In this document: positions 48,917 to 57,665 of the stretch, piece after piece | Position numbering within the stretch: position 1 is the stretch's first letter | Layout: each line of letters begins with the position of its first letter | Origin: Thermoproteota archaeon | Lineage (GTDB): Archaea; Korarchaeota; Korarchaeia; Korarchaeales; Korarchaeaceae | DNA: 64,000 nt | Direction of reading: 5' to 3' | NCBI GenBank assembly: GCA_027491915.1 | Contig: JAOZGC010000001.1 | Coordinates: forward strand, 96,001-160,000 | Program-made: the position numbers and the translations under genes | The notes under the pieces: model-generated | The model's database searches: none | The model's input: the letters and a program-made list of their open reading frames with translations, nothing else | Told to the model about the DNA's origin: nothing

Positions 48917-49695
48917 CCCGTCCGGTGACCTCGGTGAGGGGGCCGAGGGTCGGGGAGTTCATGTCCTCCCCGGTGCTGACCACGCCCCCGGGCGGGCTGC
49001 TCGAGGAGGCGGTCTCGCGGATGGCCGAGGAGAACGTCGGCAGCCTGGTGATCTCGCTCGACGGGCGGCCCACCGGGGTTATAACTGAGAGAGACGTCAT
49101 GGCCTTCGCCCTGGCCTCCGGCTGGCCGCCTGGCAGGGTTAAGGTCAGGGAGGCCGCCAGGGGCTGCTACGGCGTGATCGGGCCCGATGGGGATCTGGCA
49201 GAGGTGGCCAGGCTGCTGATAGCCTCCAGGGGGAGGGTGGTGGTCTTCGACTCCGGGGAGCTCTTGGGGATCGTCTCGGTCTCGGACGCGGTGAGGGCGT
49301 TCTCGACGCTCGGCGTGGAGGGGCCGCCGGTCTCGTCCTTCATGACCCGCCGGGTGAGGACCTTGGAGTCCACCAGGCTGGCCGTCGAGGCCATGAGGGT
49401 CCTCAGGGACGAGAGGATAGGGAGCGTCCTTGTGGTCGAGGGGAGAGAGCCCGTCGGGGTGTTCTCGGAGAGGGACGTCCTAACGAGGGTCCTCCACCCG
49501 ACCCCCAGGATGGGAGCCCCGCTATCGGAGGTCTCCAGCGGCCCCGTGATCACGATCCACCCGGACGCTTCGGCCAGGGATGCCTCCGGGGAGATGGCCC
49601 GCCTGGGGATAAAGAGGCTCTTCGTCGAGGAGGGCGGAGACGTGGTCGGGGTCGTCACCGCCAGGGACCTGGTGGAGATCATGGCCCGCGCTTGA
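48913..49695 (+). CDS. Four-CBS-domain protein
   Basis: Repeated GVITERD/GIVSVSD/GVFSERD/GVVTARD. Confidence 0.9.
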   Translation: MTRPVTSVRGPRVGEFMSSPVLTTPPGGLLEEAVSRMAEENVGSLVISLDGRPTGVITERDVMAFALASGWPPGRVKVREAARGCYGVIGPDGDLAEVARLLIASRGRVVVFDSGELLGIVSVSDAVRAFSTLGVEGPPVSSFMTRRVRTLESTRLAVEAMRVLRDERIGSVLVVEGREPVGVFSERDVLTRVLHPTPRMGAPLSEVSSGPVITIHPDASARDASGEMARLGIKRLFVEEGGDVVGVVTARDLVEIMARA

Positions 49696-50113
49696 GGCCG
49701 CCGGCGCCCGGGCCGCCCCCCGCCCCGTCGTTCTCGGCCGTCGATCTCAGCTTCGAGAGGAACCTCTCGGTGTCCACGACGAACCTCTCGTGGCTCCCCC
49801 TCCCTATGACCCTCTCCCCCCACAGGGCCTCCACCCTGAACAGGAGCCTCCTCCCCTCGACCCGCTCCAGCCTGACCCTGACCCTCACCCTGGCCCCCAG
49901 GGGGGCCGGCGCCACGTGGGCCACGTCCACCCTCGTGCCCACCGTTGTCTCGCCCTCTCCGAGGAGGGGCTCGACGGCCAGCCTGCACGTCTCCTCCATG
50001 AAGGCTATCATGCACGGCGTGGACAGCACCCTGAGTGACCCGGATCCGACGTGCGGGGCGGTCATGTCCTCCCCGACCTCGAACTCCCTCTCGGCGGTCA
50101 GGCCGGGACGCAA
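49679..50113 (-). CDS. FlK-like hot-dog-fold thioesterase (start approximate)
   Basis: VLSTP, ME, TVG, HxAP, GSHER. Confidence 0.88.
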   Translation of the reverse strand: MRPGLTAEREFEVGEDMTAPHVGSGSLRVLSTPCMIAFMEETCRLAVEPLLGEGETTVGTRVDVAHVAPAPLGARVRVRVRLERVEGRRLLFRVEALWGERVIGRGSHERFVVDTERFLSKLRSTAENDGAGGGPGAGGLKRGP

Positions 50114-50186
50114 CCCCCCGGACCCATTTCCGTCCAGTCCGATCCCCCCGCGACGATCACCCGGCCGACAGAAGATCATTGCGCGA

Positions 50187-50825
50187 TCATCCGAACCCCA
50201 CTCCGGAGGACCAACGTCGACCTCTCGGGAGCCGCGGCGCCCAGAGGAATCCGAGGGCGACCCCGCAGGCGAATCCGGCCGCGTGGGCGGCCACGTCCAC
50301 GCCGGCCATGAACCCGCCGCTTATCACCAGGACGGCGGCCAGCGCGGTGGCCGGGGAGATCCTCCCGGTCGACCTGTACTCTTGGGTCACCAGCCAGCCG
50401 AACATCCCCAGGATCCCGGCCGACGCGCCGATCCCGATGGCCAACGGGTTGATCAGCGCTGAGGAGATCGACCCGACCGTTCCCGCCGTCAAGAAGAGGA
50501 TCGCGGTCCTGCCTCCTCCGAGGGGCGGTTCGATCCCCCTCCCCAGGACGTATAGGGCGTACTCGTTCAGCGCCAAGTGGGCCAGGTTGGCGTGCAGGAA
50601 CACCGACGTCAGGGCCGTCCACGGCCTCGACTCCAGGGATCTGAGGCTGGAGCCCAAGGTCAGCAGTATGGTCTCCCTGGGAGAGATCGGCGGCCAGCCG
50701 CAGGAGGCCAGGTAGGCGGCCGCCAGCGCCCCCAGCAGGAGGGAGGTCACGGGAGGCACCCTCCCCCACCTGGACGCGGCCAGGGCCGCCGCGGTCCCGA
50801 CGGCCGCGGACGCTATCGGATCCAT
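50187..50825 (-). CDS. Rhomboid intramembrane serine protease
   Basis: HANLAHLALN, GASAG, AHAAG. Confidence 0.88.
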   Translation of the reverse strand: MDPIASAAVGTAAALAASRWGRVPPVTSLLLGALAAAYLASCGWPPISPRETILLTLGSSLRSLESRPWTALTSVFLHANLAHLALNEYALYVLGRGIEPPLGGGRTAILFLTAGTVGSISSALINPLAIGIGASAGILGMFGWLVTQEYRSTGRISPATALAAVLVISGGFMAGVDVAAHAAGFACGVALGFLWAPRLPRGRRWSSGVGFG

Positions 50826-50871
50826 CGGGGGGAGGTCCGCGCCGACCGTAAAAAGGGTGACCCCGGGCGGC

Positions 50872-52017
50872 TCACACCCCGGCCAGGGCCCAGAGCAGGG
50901 CGCGGGCCGCTATCCTGGGGGAGGAGGCGGCCACCTCGAAGATCCCCCTGACGCCCACGGCCCTAACCGCCGACAGGACCTGCTCGTCCACGTCGAACCC
51001 GAGCGACAGCTCTCCCTCCACCCCGGCGAGCCCCCTGAACAGGGAATCTATCTCTCGGGGGGAGGAGGAATCCAGGGCCCTCCTCAGAGCCCTCCCCACC
51101 CTCAACTCCAACCCGAAGGCGGACCTCCACATCCTCTCGTAGGAATCCAGACCCTTCCCATCCCTCCAGTTGGACATTATCGCCTCGGCGGCCATCTTGG
51201 CCGCGGAAACCCCCCAGTAAACGCCGCCCCTGCTTATGGGCTTGACCTGGCCGGCGGCGTCCCCGACCAAGACCACCCTGCCGACGGACAGGCGCCTCGG
51301 CATCCCGGCCGGTATGGCGCCCGCTTGGATCTCCCGCCACCGCCCCGGAGCCTCCTCGGCGGCCCATCGGACGACGGGATCTCCCGGTCCCCCGAGGGCC
51401 CCGGCCTTGAATCCCCCCCCGCTGGGTTGGAGCCAGGAGAACCTGCTGCCCGACCTCACCCTGACCCGGTACGACCCGGAGGGCCCCCCCTCCCCGCCGA
51501 CCAGGTTGACCCCCACCTCCACCGGTATCCCCCCGAGGCCGGAGGCCCTCCTCACGGTCGAGGCAGCCCCGTCTGCCCCGACGAGGTAGTCGAACTCCTC
51601 CTCCGATACCGCCCCCCCCTCGGAATAGACGGCCCTCCCGCCCCTCAGCCCCAGGAACCTGGCCCCGGTGATCAGGTCCACCCCCTCGGAGACCGCGGCC
51701 CGGGCTAACCCCCTGTCGACGGCCGGGCGGTCCACCACCAGGGCCAGGCGTCTCCCGCCGGCCCGCACCACGAGGTCTATCCCCGAGGGTGAGGAGAAGG
51801 TGGCCTCCCTTATCTCGTTGGTGATCCAAGAGCTCTGCCTGACCGGGAGGGCCTCCCACGCTCTCTCCCCCAGTATCCCGGAGCAGTGGGGCCTCTCGCC
51901 CGGCTCCCCCTTGGCCTCCAGCAGGAGGACGTCTGCGCCCTCGGAGGCCAGCGCGGCGGCCGCGGCGGACCCGGCCGGCCCGGCCCCCACCACCACAACC
52001 CTGGGCGCGCCGCTCAA
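50872..52017 (-). CDS. Geranylgeranyl-reductase-family FAD oxidoreductase
   Basis: VGAGPAG, CSG, GADG, GDAAG; TTG 52017 after SD. Confidence 0.88.
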   Translation of the reverse strand: MSGAPRVVVVGAGPAGSAAAAALASEGADVLLLEAKGEPGERPHCSGILGERAWEALPVRQSSWITNEIREATFSSPSGIDLVVRAGGRRLALVVDRPAVDRGLARAAVSEGVDLITGARFLGLRGGRAVYSEGGAVSEEEFDYLVGADGAASTVRRASGLGGIPVEVGVNLVGGEGGPSGSYRVRVRSGSRFSWLQPSGGGFKAGALGGPGDPVVRWAAEEAPGRWREIQAGAIPAGMPRRLSVGRVVLVGDAAGQVKPISRGGVYWGVSAAKMAAEAIMSNWRDGKGLDSYERMWRSAFGLELRVGRALRRALDSSSPREIDSLFRGLAGVEGELSLGFDVDEQVLSAVRAVGVRGIFEVAASSPRIAARALLWALAGV

Positions 52018-52265
52018 CCCTCCCCTCTTCCCTCCCAAAAGCCAAGGACGGACGGGTCCGTCGACCCCTGGCCGACCACCCTTCCGTCGACCAGGAGGGC
52101 CGGCAGGAACCTGATCCCCTTCCTCAGGATCAGGGCCTCTCCCTCCTCGGACCAGGCGGATATCTCCCTGAACTCCAACCCCCTCTCGGCGCAGATCTCC
52201 CTGATCCGCCTGGCGAACCTCAGCGACTCCCCGCACACGGGGGAGACCAGGACCTCAACCTTCAA
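52014..52265 (-). CDS. Small thioredoxin/glutaredoxin-fold protein with single-Cys CGES site
   Basis: VEVLVSPVCGES, cis-Pro LPALLVDG; TTG 52265 overlaps the upstream stop. Confidence 0.75.
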   Translation of the reverse strand: MKVEVLVSPVCGESLRFARRIREICAERGLEFREISAWSEEGEALILRKGIRFLPALLVDGRVVGQGSTDPSVLGFWEGRGEG

Positions 52266-52924
52266 CTCGACTCCTCCAGCCACGGGGCCTTCACGAAGAT
52301 GTAGACGTAGGGCTTCCTGTCGGTCTTCCTCTTGACGTAGCCGCCGTCCATCAGCTTCCTCAGGTGGTTCCTCACGCTGGACTCGCCGATCCCCACCGCC
52401 GCTATTATCTGCGTTGTGGTCATGGGCCCGCCCTCCTCGATCGCCCTCAGCACCCTCCACCTCGGGCTCTCCCTGAGGTAGTCCTCGACGCTCTTGGTCC
52501 TCCTCTTTCCCTCCGCCCTAATCCTCCTGAACATCTCGTCTGCGAGTCTATCTATCAGCTCTTCTACTATCTCGCGTATGCCGATCATGAGTCGGCTGTC
52601 CTTCGACCACCGGACATACCCCTCCACGGCCTCGCTCACGGTTCCTATCAGGTCGGACATGAAGTCCTCCAGGACCGAATCGACCAGGGCCCCGAACTCC
52701 CCGTTTGTGTCATCGACGCCCATGAGCCTGGCCCCCTCCAGTATTCTGTCCCTGAACTCCCCCCTCCTGATCTTGAATCGGTCGACGATCCTCCCCGTTA
52801 TCACCCGGGTCAGGTCGGCGAGGGACTCGTAAACCACCCCCTCCAGGTTTGACTCGTACTCTTCCCTCAGAGACTGCACTATTTCCCCTCTGGGATCGCT
52901 GGATTCCCCTGCTTCCCCGGCCAA
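52262..52924 (-). CDS. Helical N-domain plus C-terminal winged-helix regulator
   Basis: PMTTTQIIAAVGIGESSVRNHLRKLMDGGYV wHTH. Confidence 0.8.
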   Translation of the reverse strand: MAGEAGESSDPRGEIVQSLREEYESNLEGVVYESLADLTRVITGRIVDRFKIRRGEFRDRILEGARLMGVDDTNGEFGALVDSVLEDFMSDLIGTVSEAVEGYVRWSKDSRLMIGIREIVEELIDRLADEMFRRIRAEGKRRTKSVEDYLRESPRWRVLRAIEEGGPMTTTQIIAAVGIGESSVRNHLRKLMDGGYVKRKTDRKPYVYIFVKAPWLEESS

Positions 52925-52983
52925 GCCGACATCGACCTCCCACCGGACCGGACGGGATTCCCTCCTGTTGGGGGGGCGGGTGC

Positions 52984-53877
52984 TTAAAATGCCTCGGGAC
53001 GGGAAGGGTTGTTACACGACCCGGATTTGCTGCTCACATCGCGCCCGCCAATAGGGGACACTATGAAGTCTATCCTCACCTTGTCCGCCCCCGGGGCGTA
53101 GTGACCGACCCTCTCCCACCCCTTAACCTCAACCCTGAGTCCCAGACAGCCCGCGACCCTCGAGACGGCCCCCACCTCCTCTCCCACCCCCTCTTCTCCC
53201 CTGCAGATCGCGTAGTAGTGGAGGATCCCCCCCCTCGGCGACAGGCACCTGAGGGCCAGGTCGACGTAGTCCCTCGCCCCCAGGGGTAGGGGCATGAGCA
53301 CCCTGTCGAACCTCCCGAAGAGTCGCGGGCACACCTCCCTCACGTCTCCCCGGATGACCTCCACCCTGCCCTCGAGCCCGTTCAGCCTGATGTTCTCCTC
53401 GAAGTACCTGACCGCGTCCTCGTTCACCTCGACCCCGATCACCTCCCCCACCTCGGGCTGGATCCGGCCTATCGCCACGGCGTAGGGCCCGACCCCGGCG
53501 AACATGACCAGCACCCTCTCGCCGGGTTCCACCTCCTCGGCGACCCTCCTCCTGTCCTCCCCCTCCCTGGGGGAGAAGTAGACCTTGGTCGGGTCCAGCT
53601 TGATCCTGTAGCCGTGCTCCCTGTGTATCACCTCGGTGTTCGGGTCCCCGGCCAACAGGGAGAGCCTCCTCAGCCTCTCCCTCCCCTCCCTGGGCCCGGC
53701 CTTCGCCAGGACAGACCTGACGTGCCGGTGCCTGCGCATGACCTCTGCCGCCACCTCCGCAGGGTCGTCCCCCTCCCTGAGCTCAACCACCGCGACCGCC
53801 CCGGTCTCCCTGGAGCCTATGATGTCCATGGGTATCCTGCGCCCGCGACCGCGCCCGCGGCCCAACCCGCCCATCAC
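52984..53877 (-). CDS. Trm5-family tRNA methyltransferase, aTrm5a (Taw21/Taw22)-like, lacking domain D1
   Basis: VYFSPR, MFAGVGPY, EVN, GD, MPLP. Confidence 0.85.
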   Translation of the reverse strand: MMGGLGRGRGRGRRIPMDIIGSRETGAVAVVELREGDDPAEVAAEVMRRHRHVRSVLAKAGPREGRERLRRLSLLAGDPNTEVIHREHGYRIKLDPTKVYFSPREGEDRRRVAEEVEPGERVLVMFAGVGPYAVAIGRIQPEVGEVIGVEVNEDAVRYFEENIRLNGLEGRVEVIRGDVREVCPRLFGRFDRVLMPLPLGARDYVDLALRCLSPRGGILHYYAICRGEEGVGEEVGAVSRVAGCLGLRVEVKGWERVGHYAPGADKVRIDFIVSPIGGRDVSSKSGSCNNPSRPEAF

Positions 53878-54638
53878 CCGATCCCGTAGACCCTGAGGGA
53901 ATTCTCCGTCGTGATCTCGGCCAGCTCCTGAGGATCAACTCCCTTCAGCCCGGCGACGTACTTCAGGGATGATATTATGTTGGCCGGCTCGTTCCTCCTC
54001 CCCGGATCCGGGGCGAGGACCGGGGAGTCGGATTCCAGGACCAGATTGTCCAGGGGAGACGCCAGCGCCACCCTCCTCACGTTGGGGCTCCTGACCACGT
54101 TGGTGGCGACGCTGATCATCCAGCCCCTGTCCGCGGCGAACCTCACGTCTGCGTCCGTCCCGCCGAAGGCGTGGAGCACCACCCTGGTGGCCCCGCGGGA
54201 GTCGAGCACCCTGAGGGCCGGCCTCTGGGACCACAGGCTGTGGACCACCACGGGCTTGTCCAGGTCCTCGGCCAGCCTGATCAGCCTGGAGAAACTTTCC
54301 TTCTGCCTCTCCCGCTCCGCGGTCGACCTGGCCACCCTGTAATCCAGCCCGACCTCCCCGACGGCCACTATCTCCCCCGCCCTCTCCTCTATCAGCTCGG
54401 CCAGCTTCTCCACCTCCTCGGGATCGGAGAAGTCCTCCGGATCAAGTCCCGCCGAGACCAGCACCAGCTCCGACCCCGAGAAGAGGGAAAGGGACCTCTC
54501 CACCTCCTCCCTCCCGAGGGGGGAGGTTACGGCCCCCACCATGCCCAGGTCGGCGGCCCTCCGGATCACCTCATCCCGATCCCCGTCGAAGGCGGGATCC
54601 TCCAGGTGACAGTGGGAGTCGAAGAACCTCACCGTCAT
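53874..54638 (-). CDS. tatD: TatD-family DNase
   Basis: DSHCH, GEVGLD, VVHS, LHAF, ESDSP. Confidence 0.93.
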   Translation of the reverse strand: MTVRFFDSHCHLEDPAFDGDRDEVIRRAADLGMVGAVTSPLGREEVERSLSLFSGSELVLVSAGLDPEDFSDPEEVEKLAELIEERAGEIVAVGEVGLDYRVARSTAERERQKESFSRLIRLAEDLDKPVVVHSLWSQRPALRVLDSRGATRVVLHAFGGTDADVRFAADRGWMISVATNVVRSPNVRRVALASPLDNLVLESDSPVLAPDPGRRNEPANIISSLKYVAGLKGVDPQELAEITTENSLRVYGIG

Positions 54639-54689
54639 CGCTTCCACCTCCCCTACCCTACCTTTTTCCTTCCCTCCCCCTCCTAAACC

Positions 54690-55805
54690 TCACCCACCGC
54701 CCCCCGCAGGGAGCAGCCTGGCCCGACCGCCCAAGACCTCCACCCTGACCTCCGCCGAGGGGAGCGGGCGGCCCACCCCACCTCCCACCACGAAGTGGGA
54801 CACCCTGCCGTCCGAGGACACCACCGCGTCCCTCAGCGGGCCGGCCGGGGTCTCGTCCCCGACCTCCAGCGCCGGAAGTTCCAGCAGCTCGGGGGGCCAG
54901 TCCGGATCCGGCTGCGTCGTAGGGAGCAGCCAAATGGGTCTCGGTCCGGCCTCCGGCCTCAGGAGCCTCTCGACGTCTCCCCGGGACAGCTCCTCCAACA
55001 CCCTGAGCCGGCCGTCCCAGACGACCCTGGCCCCGGCCGGCCTCCCGTCCTCCACCCAGATCGTCCAGACCCCCATGTCCGCGGGATCGACCACCGCCTC
55101 CACCCGACCCACACCCAGGACCCCCCGGGCCAGCCTGAGGAGGTGGGTCAGCCTGGCCCTGTCCCCCCTCGCCTCCTTGACCAGGGCGGACAGGGCCCCG
55201 TACAGGGACCCGACCCACCACCTCCCGGAGCACCCGGCCCCCAGGAACTCCCCCCGACCATCCCCGACCAGCGTCCAGCACCTCCCGACCTCCCGGGTGA
55301 AGTGGGCGTCGCTCCCCCCTATCCCTGGCTTTCCCACTCTCTTGGCCAGGGCGGCGGCTCTGGCGTTCTGAGACGGCGTCGACCTGCCGTTCAGGATCTC
55401 TATCGCGTCCACCATCTCGGCCAGCCTCTCGGCCTCGTCGCACGCCGATGACCTCCTCCTGCAGTCCGTGGGGTGGGCGAGCACCGTGACGGCCCCCTGC
55501 TCCCTGGCCTCATCTATCACCTCGGCGGCTGGCCTCCTGGGCTCTATCCACTCCCGGACGCCCAACACTATCACGTCACCCTCCTCCGTCCTGACCTCCT
55601 CTCCCGGGACGATCTCCACCCCCAGCGCGTCGGCGGCCTCCGACGCCTCGGAGACCCCGATCACCTCGTTGTGGTCGGTCACCGCGAGGCCGTCCAGCCT
55701 GCGGGCCGCCGCCCTGACCGCGGCCCCCGGGCGCTGGGGCGAGTCCCTGGACCACCAGGTGTGGACGTGGAGGTCCAACCTCCTGAACCCACCCGACACA
55801 GCCAC
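54690..55805 (-). CDS. PHP-domain phosphoesterase fused to C-terminal beta-rich (PRC-barrel-like) region
   Basis: DLHVHT, TDHN, AHP, GGSDAH; extra ~150 aa in frame. Confidence 0.8.
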   Translation of the reverse strand: MAVSGGFRRLDLHVHTWWSRDSPQRPGAAVRAAARRLDGLAVTDHNEVIGVSEASEAADALGVEIVPGEEVRTEEGDVIVLGVREWIEPRRPAAEVIDEAREQGAVTVLAHPTDCRRRSSACDEAERLAEMVDAIEILNGRSTPSQNARAAALAKRVGKPGIGGSDAHFTREVGRCWTLVGDGRGEFLGAGCSGRWWVGSLYGALSALVKEARGDRARLTHLLRLARGVLGVGRVEAVVDPADMGVWTIWVEDGRPAGARVVWDGRLRVLEELSRGDVERLLRPEAGPRPIWLLPTTQPDPDWPPELLELPALEVGDETPAGPLRDAVVSSDGRVSHFVVGGGVGRPLPSAEVRVEVLGGRARLLPAGGGG

Positions 55806-55811
55806 CCTACA

Positions 55812-56774
55812 TCACCCCCCGCCGGCCCGGCCCCAGGCCGGCCGGGAGATGCTCCTGACCGGCCCGTCGACGAGGTGCTCGGGGACCTCCCCTCCCATGG
55901 ACTCCACCGTCCGGCAGAAGGAGCACACCTCGGTCCTGCTGGGGAAGCCGCACCTGGAGCACGTCCCCATCTCGACGGGCCTGCCGAGGACGCCAGCCCT
56001 CCTCGCCAGCTCCCTGACGGAGCTCACCAGGTTGACCTTAGAGTCCGGCCACGTTGACTGGATCTCGTCGAGCAGGGGCTTTATGAGCCTCTGCTTGTCG
56101 AAGGCGTCCGGGGGACACCCAGCCTCGCAGGGCTCCAGTCCCCTGAGCCTGACGTAGCTGGCCGAGTCGGCGTCCCCAAGCCAGAACAGCGGCCTCACCC
56201 TCCCGACCAGTCCCCTGTCGAGCATGGGCGGGGTGACCGAGTCGAGGTACCTCAGGAAGGAGACGTTGTGGGTTATCAGGTTGTTCAGGGCGAAGTAGGC
56301 GTTGTCGTCCAGGTTGTGGCCCGTGGCCACGTAGTCGTAGCCAGCCTCGTAGGCGTACCTGTTCAGGACGTACCTGGTCACCGTGCCGCACAGCGCGCAG
56401 GCGTCCCTCGGATCGCTCAGGGACACGCCCAGCCTCTCCTTCAGCGAGAAGATCTCCCCGGGGATCCCGAGCTCTCCTGTCACCCTGCGGAAGAGGTCCG
56501 CGCACTCCTCCCTCCCGCCCGGGTCTATCATGAGGGCCCCGAGCTCGAGCCCGTACTCCCCGGCCTCGTCCGCCAGGGCCAGGAGGGTGGAGAGGGAGTC
56601 CTTCCCGCCGGAGACCCCGACCAGCACCTTCCTCCCCCTCCCGAGCCTGTTGAGGACCCTCCTGACCCTCTTCCTGAAGTACCTCATGAAGTGCTCCTCG
56701 CAGACCCAGTCCCCCAGGTTCGGCACGAAGACCTCTCCCCTCCTGCCGCAGTACCTGCACCGACCTCCCGCCAT
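55812..56774 (-). CDS. ttuA: tRNA 2-thiolation enzyme, TtuA/Ncs6 family
   Basis: N-terminal CxxC...CxxH, PP-loop SGGKDS, CxxC, GHNLDD, CP, C-terminal CxxC...CxxC; ATG 56774. Confidence 0.88.
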   Translation of the reverse strand: MAGGRCRYCGRRGEVFVPNLGDWVCEEHFMRYFRKRVRRVLNRLGRGRKVLVGVSGGKDSLSTLLALADEAGEYGLELGALMIDPGGREECADLFRRVTGELGIPGEIFSLKERLGVSLSDPRDACALCGTVTRYVLNRYAYEAGYDYVATGHNLDDNAYFALNNLITHNVSFLRYLDSVTPPMLDRGLVGRVRPLFWLGDADSASYVRLRGLEPCEAGCPPDAFDKQRLIKPLLDEIQSTWPDSKVNLVSSVRELARRAGVLGRPVEMGTCSRCGFPSRTEVCSFCRTVESMGGEVPEHLVDGPVRSISRPAWGRAGGG

Positions 56775-56799
56775 CCGGCGGGCCGCCCGGCCCCTCCTT

Positions 56800-57264
56800 T
56801 TAATCGGCCGCCGCCCCGGCGCCGGCGCGCGCCGCGATCGCCTCCGCCGCCGCGTCCGCGATCCCCACCGCTGCCGCCGCCAGGGCCACCAGGGCGGGGA
56901 CCGACAGGTCAACTTCCACCCGGACCGTCCTCCCCCCGACGGCGACCGAGAGGACCGACCTCCCCGCGCTGAGGGGGTCCCCCAGGCCGAGGGCCGTCAG
57001 GATCGACAGGGCGGCCAGCCCGATCGAGGCCGCCCTGAGCATGGCGTCCGCCTCGCCCCCCTCCCGCGCGAGGGCCCTGGCGGCCGTCGCCGCCGCCAGC
57101 GCGGCGCCCGCGGCGGAGACCCTGAGGGAGGAGTCCCAGACGCTCGGGCTCAGGATCCGGACGTCGGGGATGCCCCCGAGGATCGCGGCCGCCGCCAGCG
57201 GTCCGGCGACCAGGAGGATCGCCTCGGCTGAGGCCTCCAACAGCGGCCGGATCCTGACCCTCAC
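56800..57264 (-). CDS. Multi-pass membrane protein of unknown function
   Basis: Ala/Leu-rich hydrophobic segments; GTGA overlap with upstream gene. Confidence 0.5.
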   Translation of the reverse strand: MRVRIRPLLEASAEAILLVAGPLAAAAILGGIPDVRILSPSVWDSSLRVSAAGAALAAATAARALAREGGEADAMLRAASIGLAALSILTALGLGDPLSAGRSVLSVAVGGRTVRVEVDLSVPALVALAAAAVGIADAAAEAIAARAGAGAAAD

Positions 57265-57665
57265 CCGCCGGTCACCTCCGACTCGATGGTCACCGAGGCG
57301 AGCCCGCCGGCCGAGACCGACAGGCCGATCCTCAGGGCGGATGGGGGGCCAGGCGAACGGACGCTGAGGGCGACGAGCCCCCGACCCAGCGGGGGGAGGG
57401 CGACCCCCTGCTCCCCCTCCCCGATCTCCGACCCGCCAGGCCCGAGGACCTCGACCCTGACCTTCACCTCGACGGGTAGGACCCCCCGGTTCTCCGCCCG
57501 GGACGAGAGTTCCACCCGGTCCGGATAGACCGCCACCCTGGCGCCCCCCATGGAGGCCAGCACCGACAGCATGGAGTGGAGGGACAGGGCCGCCAGCAGG
57601 ACTGAGGCGATCCAGAGCGCCCGGGAGACCCTCCCGAGCTGGCCCAAGGCCGCCACCCCCCTCAA
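57261..57665 (-). CDS. Membrane-anchored protein with a beta-sandwich-like domain
   Basis: N-terminal TM followed by ENRG and alternating beta pattern; TTGA overlap with DUF763 stop. Confidence 0.55.
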   Translation of the reverse strand: MRGVAALGQLGRVSRALWIASVLLAALSLHSMLSVLASMGGARVAVYPDRVELSSRAENRGVLPVEVKVRVEVLGPGGSEIGEGEQGVALPPLGRGLVALSVRSPGPPSALRIGLSVSAGGLASVTIESEVTGG

